Shown in pieces: positions 11,197 through 22,300 of a DNA stretch of 64,000 nt. The first letter of the stretch is position 1. Every line of letters begins with the position of its first letter. The stretch lies in sequence record NC_024142.2; one strand, 5' to 3'. The notes under the pieces were generated by a model that did not search any database, was not told the origin of the DNA, and worked only from the letters and a program-made list of their open reading frames with translations. This DNA is from Escherichia phage Bp4. Both the position numbers and the translations under genes were made by a program.

Positions 11197-12333
11197 ATGG
11201 GCTTATTCAGTGGGAAGACTAAAGTATACGTAGCATCCTCTGTCTATAACATGGCAGGGGATATACACAAACGTCCTAACTATATGAAGACTGTAGTCAT
11301 CGGTAACATTGTTTCCAATACAGGATTCACTATGGCAGACACTATCTCTGATAGTTATCTGAATGGACCTGGTATTCGTATGCGATTGTTCTCCAGCTGG
11401 AGTAAGAACCACTATGATTCAGAAGTTGGTATGGCTGGTTCTTCGTTGGGTGTATTGGCTAAGATTGACCCTACTGTTATAGAGGGTCAAATTACACCAC
11501 CTGCTGGAGAGTCTGTCTATGTTCAGGCAGCAGAAATTGGCTTTGCTGACTTTGAGCAATGGTGTGACCAATATCTTTATGAAAATGCTCCTAGTCGAAT
11601 CATGGAACGATTCGACATAGACATCAATGAAGATACTAATGAAATTACTATGACCTCCCTGGATGGTGGTTCTACTATTAAATTCACACCTACTAACTTT
11701 GAACCAGGTGCTTTGTATCTCTATGCTGATTACTCATTCTATAAGTCCCCGTCTATCAATCCACCGGTAGAGGGACCGACTACTGTCTATGATGATGAGG
11801 ATGACTTACCTTCTACTTTGTTATGGACTACTGTTTCAAGTGATACAACAGCTAATACAACTAATCTCACTAAGACTATACAGACTCATTCTGTTTATTC
11901 TGATGGTAGACCAGATGAAGACAGTACTGTCACCGAACCAAGTGTAGATAACTGGAACTCTTACATTAAGGTTTACCGTAGAGGATTCACTGAAAAACCT
12001 GATGACGTAACTGTAGTTGTATCTGACAGGGTAATGACTCATAAAAAGTTTGGTGAGATTCAATCCAGTACTTCTGTAACTACCAATGTAGTTGATATAG
12101 GTGGTGGTGTTACTCGTACCGATACAATCACTACAACCACAGAGACACTGGTTCGTAAGTATTCCTCCCAGACTACTCGTACAGATACAGAGATGACTGC
12201 TGTTGGTACACCTAAGCTGCTTATCTATAAGCAGAACTCTGGTAACGTTGCACTAGACTCACTGTTCGATACCGAAGCTACTGATAACCGATTCTACCAT
12301 TCATTCCAATCAGGAATGATAAGCAATGGGTAG
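11197..12333 (+). CDS. virion protein, N-terminal part (probably continuous with 12525..13850 via a frame change)
   Basis: 378-aa ORF. The frame of the next ORF is open and protein-like from 12288, overlapping this ORF's 3' end. Confidence 0.5.
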   Translation: MGLFSGKTKVYVASSVYNMAGDIHKRPNYMKTVVIGNIVSNTGFTMADTISDSYLNGPGIRMRLFSSWSKNHYDSEVGMAGSSLGVLAKIDPTVIEGQITPPAGESVYVQAAEIGFADFEQWCDQYLYENAPSRIMERFDIDINEDTNEITMTSLDGGSTIKFTPTNFEPGALYLYADYSFYKSPSINPPVEGPTTVYDDEDDLPSTLLWTTVSSDTTANTTNLTKTIQTHSVYSDGRPDEDSTVTEPSVDNWNSYIKVYRRGFTEKPDDVTVVVSDRVMTHKKFGEIQSSTSVTTNVVDIGGGVTRTDTITTTTETLVRKYSSQTTRTDTEMTAVGTPKLLIYKQNSGNVALDSLFDTEATDNRFYHSFQSGMISNG

Positions 12334-12524
12334 AGAATGACCCAATCTATCCATACTGTAAGAAAGCTCTTTATAAAGCTACCGGTGGAAAAATTGATAA
12401 GGTAGTAACAGAGCTTAAGAAGAATGATGATATAGGTGATATTCAGTACATTTATGGCACATTTGGCGTATCTCTTAATACTCCTGAAGATACTGCTAAG
12501 GAATACATCTACCGTTTCTTTCAG

Positions 12525-13850
12525 ATGGCTACTGAAGCATTCCCACCTGACCCAACCTATCCAACCTTGGAGGCAGTGATTGCAGGTTATCAGGCAGCTA
12601 ATGATGCAGTTGATGCATATGTAGAATGGTGGAATAGGACTGAAGGGCACACTATTGGAACTCCTCCACCACTGCCAGAATACCCAGTCATACCTAAGAG
12701 AGAATTTAGGGTACATAGTAATAAGCATTACAAGTATGACATGACCATTGGTTGGAATTACGTATCTGAAACTACCCACTCAGGGCAAGCATGGTCTGGT
12801 GCTAAGCAAGGACAACTTCGAGCCAGGTATGCAGGGGATATAACTCTTACTCGCAAGAACATACGAACTGCTAGTAACTCCGGTTCAGCTAAGAAGTTAG
12901 AGGTTACCACTACATTCTATTCTATGCAGGAGTATGAACTGCTTTGGCAGGATGGTAATAACACTTACCGTAAACTCAGAGTACTGGGTCTAAATCACAA
13001 TAACAGGGTATATAAGAATAAGTCAGTGCATATTGATGTTGCCGAAGCAATGGGTGATGCAGAGGAGAGTGGGTTCATTATTCCACTACATACTAACATC
13101 TATCGTTCAATGTCACTGATTCGAAGTACTCAGCTATCCACTGCCTGCTCCTACTTAGTGATGAACTCATATAAGAAGGTTAAGCAGAAGTGGTATCAAA
13201 CATCTGCCTTTAAGATTGTGGTTGTTGTGGTTGCTGTCGTTGTATCCGTATTCACTATGGGTACTGGTGGTGCAGGTATACTTGGGGCATATGGAGCAGT
13301 TGGGGCGTCACTCGGTTTTGTTGGATTAGCTGCTGTAATAGTAGGTGCTGTAGCAAACGCCATTGCTGCAATGATTCTGGTATCTATTATCACTAAAGTA
13401 TCCACTTCACTCTTTGGTGATAAGCTAGGTTTTATCATTGCTGCTGTTGCTTCAATGGTAGCTATGAATGTTGGTACTGCTCTATCTACTGGTTCATCCT
13501 TATCTACCTTAGCCAGTGAAATGATGAATGCTCAGAACATCATGCAGCTTACCAGTTCAGTAGGTAATGGTATTAGCCAGTATATTAATGCATCTACGGC
13601 TGCTACTATTCAGAAAGCAGAGAAAGTAATGCAGCAGTACAATACTGATATGATGGCAATCAATAAGCAGTATGAAGAGATGTTTGGTACTGCTGGGCAG
13701 GGTGTAATTGACCCTATGCAATTTGTGTCAATGGAGTCGATGGATTCTTTCCTCTCACGTACTCTCATGACTGGTTCGGATATAGCTGACATGTCTTTAA
13801 ACATGATTGGAAGCTACTCTGATATGACTCTTAATACTGACCTTGTTTAA
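12525..13850 (+). CDS. virion protein with Gly/Ala/Val-rich membrane-like segment (possible internal/ejection protein)
   Basis: 441 aa; hydrophobic block VVVVVAVVVSVFTMGTGGAGILGAYGAVGASLGFVGLAAVIVGAV; open frame extends upstream to 12288 without a start codon. Confidence 0.5.
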   Translation: MATEAFPPDPTYPTLEAVIAGYQAANDAVDAYVEWWNRTEGHTIGTPPPLPEYPVIPKREFRVHSNKHYKYDMTIGWNYVSETTHSGQAWSGAKQGQLRARYAGDITLTRKNIRTASNSGSAKKLEVTTTFYSMQEYELLWQDGNNTYRKLRVLGLNHNNRVYKNKSVHIDVAEAMGDAEESGFIIPLHTNIYRSMSLIRSTQLSTACSYLVMNSYKKVKQKWYQTSAFKIVVVVVAVVVSVFTMGTGGAGILGAYGAVGASLGFVGLAAVIVGAVANAIAAMILVSIITKVSTSLFGDKLGFIIAAVASMVAMNVGTALSTGSSLSTLASEMMNAQNIMQLTSSVGNGISQYINASTAATIQKAEKVMQQYNTDMMAINKQYEEMFGTAGQGVIDPMQFVSMESMDSFLSRTLMTGSDIADMSLNMIGSYSDMTLNTDLV

Positions 13851-14307
13851 CAGGAGAATCCCTATGGATTTGTCATTCTTAACAGGCAACCAAACCCCAC
13901 AGCCAGCTGCTATGTCTTGGATGTCTAATAACAATCAGAATTTTAATACCCCAGCTATGAACTACAATCCGGGTGCAGCTATTGGTATGAATGCAGGTAC
14001 AGGAGTAGCCTCCCCTACTTCCTTCTTGTCTGGTTCAGCTAATCAGTTGGGTATGAATGTACCCACCTTCCAACTAGGACTCGGTGCACTTGGTTCCTTA
14101 GCTGGTATCTATAGTGGTTTCCAGGCTAACAAGTTAGCCAAAGACCAGCTGAACTTTACTAAGAGTGTTACTAACACTAACCTGAATAACCAGATTAAGT
14201 CTTATAACACTGCACTGGAAGACCGTGCTCGTAGCCGTGCTACAGCAGAAAATCGTGACCAGTCTTCGGCTGATGCTTATATTGCAGCCAATAAACTAAC
14301 CCGTTAA
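13843..14307 (+). CDS. hypothetical virion protein
   Basis: 154-aa ORF, Asn/Gln/Gly-rich. Confidence 0.4.
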   Translation: MFNRRIPMDLSFLTGNQTPQPAAMSWMSNNNQNFNTPAMNYNPGAAIGMNAGTGVASPTSFLSGSANQLGMNVPTFQLGLGALGSLAGIYSGFQANKLAKDQLNFTKSVTNTNLNNQIKSYNTALEDRARSRATAENRDQSSADAYIAANKLTR

Positions 14308-14319
14308 TAGGAAACCACC

Positions 14320-15186
14320 ATGGCTCAGATAACGTGGAGAAATGTTGATGCACCTAACTTCTCTGGAGTTGGTGACAGCATTCGCACATTTGGTAGCATG
14401 ATTGGTAACGCCACCTCCGGCTTAAGTGATGCACTGGGTAATTTCCAGAACGCTGCCAAGCAGGAGGCTGGCAATGCCGTCATGATGAATGCTATGCAGT
14501 ACCAAGACCCGAATGAGTACCGTAATGCTTTGGCATCTGGTGCACTGTTTCAGGGGGTTGATCCTTCACTGGTAAATCAGCGTACCCTCCAAAACCTGGA
14601 TGAACGAGCAGGTACATTACTGACACAACAAGGACAGCAGGGAACCAATGACTACATTGCTTATCGCTTTGGTCGTTTACAGGATACTAACACTGCATTA
14701 GATAATGCTTCCCCGGCTATTCGTTTACTGTCTGAGGCTTATCAGTCCGGTGACCAGAACCGTATTAATGCTGCATTAAGTCAGACCCGTGATGCACTGT
14801 CTGCACTCCCTGCTGACCAACAACTGGAGATGATGGGTCGTCTACAAGGTCAGGGTGGTCAGGCTATTAATCAGGCACAGAATCGTTTTGATTTAGGTGT
14901 TGCTCAACGTAATGATGCTGACAGTCAGGCAGCTATGGGTGTAATGTCACAGATTACCCGTGGTGCTGAGAACCTAATGATGCCCGTCTGTTGGCAGAAG
15001 CATACAGTAAGAACTTGTCCCCAGTTGCACAGGCACGTTTACAGAGTTTACTGGCTAGTACTTACCGGTGTATACGGCAATGGCGTAGGTGCTGCGTCTG
15101 CTCCTGGTACTGCTGGTACTCGTCAGGGTTCCCCTTACGATGTTACTTACCAGTTTGCCGGTACATCTACCCTATTACTCAAATGA
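14320..15186 (+). CDS. hypothetical virion protein
   Basis: 288-aa ORF; its stop overlaps the next start in an ATGA arrangement. Confidence 0.45.
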   Translation: MAQITWRNVDAPNFSGVGDSIRTFGSMIGNATSGLSDALGNFQNAAKQEAGNAVMMNAMQYQDPNEYRNALASGALFQGVDPSLVNQRTLQNLDERAGTLLTQQGQQGTNDYIAYRFGRLQDTNTALDNASPAIRLLSEAYQSGDQNRINAALSQTRDALSALPADQQLEMMGRLQGQGGQAINQAQNRFDLGVAQRNDADSQAAMGVMSQITRGAENLMMPVCWQKHTVRTCPQLHRHVYRVYWLVLTGVYGNGVGAASAPGTAGTRQGSPYDVTYQFAGTSTLLLK

Positions 15187-15446
15187 GTATTGGTGATGTA
15201 ATTAAACACCAGGATGGTATGAAGTCGAATCAAGGTGCTTCACCTGTTGGTGCATTCCAGATTAACCAAGCTACTCTGAAAGACTTCGCTCCCAAAGTTC
15301 TTGGTTCAGATTGGCAAAGCCAGCCTCTTTCTCCTGAGAACCAGGATAAGATTGGTAAGGCTATCTTCGAGTCTCGTAAGAACGGTAACCTTAAAGATAC
15401 TTGGGCTGCTCTGCCTAACTCTACCCAGGTGCTTATAAGGATATGA
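15183..15446 (+). CDS. hypothetical protein
   Basis: ATG at 15183 overlapping the upstream stop (ATGA); 87 aa reading MSIGDVIKHQ...; ORF track gives 14991..15446. Confidence 0.4.
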   Translation: MSIGDVIKHQDGMKSNQGASPVGAFQINQATLKDFAPKVLGSDWQSQPLSPENQDKIGKAIFESRKNGNLKDTWAALPNSTQVLIRI

Positions 15447-16279
15447 CTTGGGAACAGATTAAACCTGTTATTGCTCAAGCTGAAGTAGGGGCTGACCCAC
15501 TTGCTATGGTTCAGAATAATCAAGGTAATCAGGCAGTATCTACTCTGGCTCAGGGTATGATTGGTACTCGTTCTATGCAGGATAACACTGGTAGTCTTAA
15601 CACAGACTTCCTTGGTACTGTCACTGATAATACCCCAGTAGGTGAGATTGCTAATCGTTTGCTGGAGGGTGATTTTAAAGGTGCTGACCGTAACTGGGTA
15701 CTGAATCGACTGAACGATATTTCTCAACGTGGGAATATGTCACCTGCTATGGCTGCTGCTGTTATGCAACGTGCACAGACTGGTGTACCAGAGGGTTATA
15801 TTAGTCGTGCTATTGATGCAGTTAATCCATTCATTACCAATGAAGCAGGTAATGGTATGCGTCTTAATGACCGTCAGGTAGAACAGTTAATCGAGGGTGT
15901 GAAACGGGGTGAACCACTGGAAGGTAGTGTTCGTAACCTTGGTCGTGCTCAAGCTATGCAGAATATTCAGGCGGCACAGACTGCATATGATGCTGCTGTA
16001 GCTGCACTGGCAAATACCCAGAATAAGATTAACACCGGACAAAGCGGTCTTACTGCTCTTTTACCTGCACGTCAGGAGGCTGTTACTAAAGCTGCTGCAA
16101 TGCTCCAAGCTGCACAGGCACAAGTACAGGCTGACCCAGCTAACCTGGCTCCAAGAGGTTTCCAGTCACAGGCTAGTGTGGATAGAGCACGAGCCAAGGA
16201 AGATGAAGAACGTGCTGCACGGTACTTACGTCAGGCACAAGGACTGCCTGAGTATATGCAACCCAGACAAAATCGGTAA
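15443..16279 (+). CDS. hypothetical virion protein
   Basis: 278-aa ORF; start overlaps upstream stop (ATGA); terminator follows. Confidence 0.45.
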   Translation: MTWEQIKPVIAQAEVGADPLAMVQNNQGNQAVSTLAQGMIGTRSMQDNTGSLNTDFLGTVTDNTPVGEIANRLLEGDFKGADRNWVLNRLNDISQRGNMSPAMAAAVMQRAQTGVPEGYISRAIDAVNPFITNEAGNGMRLNDRQVEQLIEGVKRGEPLEGSVRNLGRAQAMQNIQAAQTAYDAAVAALANTQNKINTGQSGLTALLPARQEAVTKAAAMLQAAQAQVQADPANLAPRGFQSQASVDRARAKEDEERAARYLRQAQGLPEYMQPRQNR

Positions 16280-16287
16280 TACTAATA

Positions 16288-16310
16288 AAAGCCCTACGGG
16301 GCTTTTTCTT
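16288..16310 (+). terminator. intrinsic terminator upstream of vRNAP gene
   Basis: Hairpin GCCC-TACG-GGGC followed by TTTTTCTTT. Confidence 0.5.
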
Positions 16311-16354
16311 TAACTGGCTTACTGTAGAGTAAGTTACCTATATACGATATAAGT

Positions 16355-19300
16355 TTGAACAGGAAACATGCTATGTCAACATTTGACCGTCTGGCAGGTT
16401 TCGCAGACAGCATCACTAATGCTAAGCAAGTCGATGTCTCTACTGCAACCTCTCAGAAGCAAGCTGCACAAGGGCAAAGCCCTTTCCAATTAACCCCAGA
16501 GAATGCTTACAATCTCCAGACTGGACGAGTAGGTAATCTTGGAATCGGTGCATTCGAACCAGGTTCACTTCAGGCAGATTTCACTCAAGCCTCCCCATTA
16601 GAAATCATTAATAAGTACGGTAATGAGCAAGGTTTACAAATTCTTAATAGCCGAGCTAATGCTGCTGATGTTGTACGTCAGGACTTATCTAAACAACGTA
16701 CTAACGCAGAAGCATTTGGCGATACTCTTTCTGGTGTTGGTCTTGGTGTTGCTAATACCCTTGGGGGCATTGCTGCTCTTGGTACAGGCTTGGTCAATGA
16801 TAATGCCGGGGCATCCATTGCTTCCGGTCTTGACTGGTTGAATAAAGGTGTACACAACCTACAGTCTGATGCACTGAATGCTCGTCGTAATGTAGTACAG
16901 AACCAGAACGTAATATCTGCTCAAGAGAATGAGAAACTCTATAAGCAAGATATTGCTAAAGGAGAAAGTGAACTCGTTGCTTCTCTGTCTCGTATTGGAC
17001 GAGATGCCTATGATTCTGTTGCTAACACCCTGTCTAATGACATGGCTGCTACAGATGGCCTGGCTGAAGGTGTTGGTTCATTCTTTACTGGCGGTCCACT
17101 TATCCGTGGTGTATCTGCACTTGGTAAAGTAATGGTAGGTGGTGATAAAGCTGTTAAGGGTATTACCTTAGCTGCTGAATTAGGTTATCGTCCTGCACGT
17201 ATTGCACAGACTGCTGGTCGTGTTGCTGCACCTGCTATAGCAATTGGTGGTATGGAAGCTGGTGGTGCATACCAACAGACTGCTAATGAAATTATGGAAA
17301 TGCCATTCAGTGAACTGGCTGCTAAATCTCCTGTATACCAACAGCATATTAAAGACGGTCTGTCTCCTGAAGAAGCACGTCGCCAGACTGCATCTGAAAC
17401 AGGTATCACTGCTGCTGGCTTAACTGCTCCAGTTGCTGCTCTTACTGCTCCACTGGTATCCAAGTTTGAACTTAACCCACTTAAGGTAGGTTCACTGGCT
17501 GGTGCTGGTTCTAACATGCTGCGTGAGACTGTAGAAGAAGGTATCCAGTCTGGTACAAGTCAGTTTGCACAAAACAAGGCAATTCAGGGCAATGTAGATG
17601 CTGAGCGTGATTTGCTTAAAGGTGTGGGTGAACAAACTGGTCTGGGTGCATTGTATGGCTTCGGTTCTGCTGGAGTTGCTCAAGCTCCTGGTGCAACTGT
17701 TAAGGCTGCTGGTGCTGCCGTTGGTCCTGCTGTACGTACTACCCTGGCTGGTGCTTCTTTGGCTGGTAAGGCACTAGCAAAAGTAGCTTCACCTATTACT
17801 AACATCCTGGTTCAACGTGGGGAAGAAGTTGCTAAGCGTAATGAACAAGCATCCCCCGTATCTGATGCTACGGTTAACGCTGCTGCACAAGAAGCTACTG
17901 CTCAGGCAGAACAAGCTCAAGCAACTGTTCAGGAAGCAGTGGATGCAATGGATATTTCTCCAGAAGAGAAAGCTGCTGCTACCCAGTATGCTGCTGACTT
18001 AACTCAGGCAATGAAGTTTGACCCGGTAGAATTGGAACAAACTAACCCAGCAATCCGTGAAGCTGTTTCTGGTTCCACTAACCGTGTAGAAGCTATTCAG
18101 AAGATGGCTGACTTGGTTAATACTGCCGAAGACCCTAACGTTCAAATGGAAGCTGCAATCCAGATGTATGACAATATCATGTCTATGGATAGCTTCATTA
18201 ACCGTGACCCGGGTGCTTTGGCTAATCTGGAACAAGGTTCCCCTGCTGCTGCAATCGTAGACCAATTCTCCGGCCTGATGGCTAACGTACAGAATACCCC
18301 TAAAGTACTCCGTGCATTTCGTGCCATCCATTCCATGATTCAGGAACAGGCTGAAGCGGGTAAGCTGAAAGCTACTGAAGAAGCTAATCAAGCCCAAGCA
18401 AACAACATTGCTATGGCTGCTGATGTATCTCCAGAAGTGCTGGATGCAGATTCAGTGAACATGGTTCTGAAACATGCAAGTGAAGGTAAGATTACACTGG
18501 GGAATCGTCAACGTGCTGCCCTGCAATCTGCTGCTGCCTTATTACAGGGTGCACGAGAGTTCGACGCTAAAGCAGAAGAACTAGGCTTACGTCCTCAAGA
18601 TATTGTTAGTAAACAGATTAAAACCGATGAGTCTCGTTCTAATGAAGGACAGTACTCTGCGTTGCAACATGCGAAACGCATTCGTTCTGCGTATAACTCT
18701 GGTAACTTCGATTTGGCCTCCGCTTATCTGAGCGATTTTATGAAGTTCGCCCAGCACATGCAGAATAAGGTCGGAGCGTTGAATGAGCATCTGATTTCGG
18801 GGAATGCGGATAAGAATAAGTCTGTTCATTATCAGGCTCTCTCGCCTTCCCGTGAATGGGTACGTAGTCGTACTGGCCTCGGTGTCAATCCTTACGATAC
18901 CAAGTCTGTTAAGTTTGCCCAGCAAGTAGCACTGGAAGCTAAGACCGTAGCTGACATTGCTAACGCACTTGCTACGGCTTACCCGGAGCTTAATGTTTCT
19001 CATGTGAAAGTTACCTCGTTGGATTCACGTCTGAACAAGCCAGCTGCCCAGGTAGTTAAAGAGTTCCGTCAAGGTGGTCTTGATGCCACTCAGTCTCAAC
19101 AGACTAATGAACCAGTGAATCAGGTTGATGAAACTCCTGCACTAGTGCAAGAGGACACCACTACTGTACAGCCTAAAGATAAACTAGTGGTAGAAAATAA
19201 GACTGCTCCTACTAAAGAGACTAGTCCAAAAGCAGAAGAAGTCTCTACTACTGAATCTGAAAGAGATGCTTATGTGAAAGAAAATACTATTTCACAGGAA

Positions 19301-22300
19301 ATTCTTAATAAGAATGGTGACCGTAGAGAAAGCCCTTGGTTGTTTGCTGATGGTACTGTGGTTGGTTCTAATGGCGACCATATCAGCCTGTCCGACGTAT
19401 TTGGGCATGATGGTTATCGTGATATGTCTCTGGATACTGGTGCTATTCGCTCTACCTTCTATAAAGGTAGTGAGCAACCATTTGTATCTCTGCAACTGTT
19501 TGATAATCAGAAACTGACTGCTGAACAATTCAATACTGTTCAATCTTTCGTTGAAGCAAACAATGCACTGATTCAGGTTGGTGTAGATACGTCTGGGCGT
19601 AATACCAATAATGTTGAGAAGGAAGAAGTATCACTAGCTCAACTGAAAGCAGACTATACCGTCGGTGGTAAACCTCTATCGGAAATGGAAACAGTGTTCC
19701 CTGTTTATAACAATGACAAGACACCGAACCAGTTCATTAAATCATTCTCTCTTCCAGAAGAACCTAAGTCTCGTACCATTGGTTCCGAATCTCCTTTGAC
19801 TGATGTTAAGAAAGCACTGTCTTCTGCTGCTCGCTTTGAAGCATTTACTCAAAAAGAAAATAACGCTCTCACAAGTGATGTGATTAAGCGTTACCAGGAC
19901 TTATTTGAGTTTGGTGAAACTCTGAAGACTACTCTGTCTGACCGTCTGGCTAAGTTCCTTGCTAACAAGAACGTTGGTAAACGTTTTGCGGAAGGTACTG
20001 AGGCTAACCGTTGGGTAGGTGGTAAGTTACTTAACATCGTAGAGAAAGATGGTGACACCTTTAAGTTCAATGACCAGCTATTAGAAACTGCTGTACTTGC
20101 TGGTCTGCAATGGCGATTGACTGCTACACAGAATGCTGCTGTTAAAGACATGAAAGACGTAGCTGCTATTACTGGTGTGGAAGCATCTCTGCTACCAGAA
20201 GGTATTCTGGCTGACTTCGAGAATGCTCAGACCCTGGTTGAAGCTACTAACTCACTAGCTCAAAAGATTGAATCCTATTGGGGTTTGAATCGTAATCCTA
20301 ATGCACCTTTGGGGTATACCAAGGGTATCCCAATGGCAATGGCTACAGAGATTCTGTCTTCCCTTATTGAGATGGGTGAAGTTAAAGAGTCCATGTTAGA
20401 TGTGTCTGAGATTGACCCAGAATCTAATAAGACTGTTGGTCTGTATACCATTGAGAAGCTGGATGATAACGATGCCATTAATAAATTCCCTACTGCTATT
20501 GAGGAAACTGTCCTTTTAGAACCAGTAGAGAAATTGTATCTGGGTGATGACATTCCTTCCGTGGCTCAAACTCAGTTACGTAACCCGGCTGTTAAGAATA
20601 CCCCGGAACAGAAAGCTGCTCTCAAAGCAGAACAAGCTACTGAGTTTCGTGTACATATGCCGATGGTTAATTTCTATGAAGCATTGGGTCGTGACAACAT
20701 TCTGGAGTTAATGGGTGCTGGTGCTCTTAATCCAGAATTGCTGAATGTGAATACTGCTAAGTCTCTGGAAGGTAAAAACCTGTCCGTGTCCATGGCGTAT
20801 GATTCCTTGTTTGGTGTAATCAATCAAATTAAGGAACAGGAGAATGGACTGGATACACCTATTCACTATGGCTACAACATGACCCGTGTAGGTCGTATGC
20901 AGATGCTTGGTAAGAACAACCCACAGTCCAGCAAACTGGTACGTGAAGCAATCTTACCAACCTTCTCTACCATCGACTTGAGTAATGAAAACAGTCAAAC
21001 GTTCTCTGACTTCCAGTTAGGTCTGGCTCAGGCATTGGGCATCAAAGTTCATAAAATGTCCCGTGAAGTTATGTCGGATGAGCTGACTAAAGCTCTGGAA
21101 GGTAAATTGAAACCTGCCGTTGATATGATGGTCGAGTTTGATAAGTCTGGTCACTTACCTGCTGATGCAGTGGATATTCTGAAGACTTCCTTGGGGAATG
21201 ATAAATCATTCGTAGCTCTTATGGCCCTGATGGAATATGCCCGTTACCTGAATAGTGATGATCGTGCCAACTTTAATACCCCACTGTACGTTGAAGCCGA
21301 TGGTGTAACCAATGGACCAATTAACGCAATGGTATTAATGACTGGTGGTAAGTTTACTTCAGACTGGATTAAGAATACTGCTAAGGGTGGTTTGTTCTTT
21401 GGTAAAGCTGGCAAGACTATGAACGAACACCATTCGCACGAGGATAGTGTTGACCTGTATGAAGCATCCACTAATAGTCTGCAACAGGCACTGAATGAAT
21501 TACGTAATAATTACCGTAACAACGTTCCTGTTACGAATCAGATGAAGCATCTTCAGAAGTTAATGGACCTGTTCATTAAAGACTTCAATCTTAATGAAGA
21601 TGGTACTCTGGACCTGAAACGTGGTATCGCTAAAAACCCACTGACCATTACCATCTATGGTTCTGGTGCTCGTGGTATTGCTGGCAAAATGGTAAGTGCA
21701 ATTACTGATACCATCTACGAACGCTTCAGTGACGTTCTACAAGCCCGTGCTGCTGACCCTAGCATTTCCCCAGCTATGGCTATGTTTGGTAAGGAGGCTG
21801 CGTCTGAGGCTGATGCTCAGGCTATGCTGGATACTTTCCTTACTTCTATGGAAGCACTAACTGGTAATGTTCCGGTTATGCGTAAAGGTGAGTTGTCTAT
21901 TCAGCAGGTAGATGGTGCTCTGACTGGTAAGTTAGACCCTCAGAAGTTTACTGTATCCGGTAATGCTCTGAAGAACTTACAAGAGAACATGCTTCATCTG
22001 TTCGTTGAACCAATGCGTACTGGTATCCGAAATACCGTGGGTGAAGGTCTGATGTACTCTACTGAGAACTTGCAGAAAGCTACCCAGATTCAATCTCTGG
22101 TTCTGCAAGACATGTTCCAGCAACGTGTTCAGGAGAAACTGGCAGAAAAAGAAAAAGACCCAACATGGAAGAAGGGTGATTTCTTAACACAGAAAGAACT
22201 GAATGAAATCCAGGCTTCATTATCTCCACTGGCTCCAATGATTGAGACTGGTTCACAGACTTTCTACATTGCTGGTAGTGAGAATACTGATGTTGCTAAC

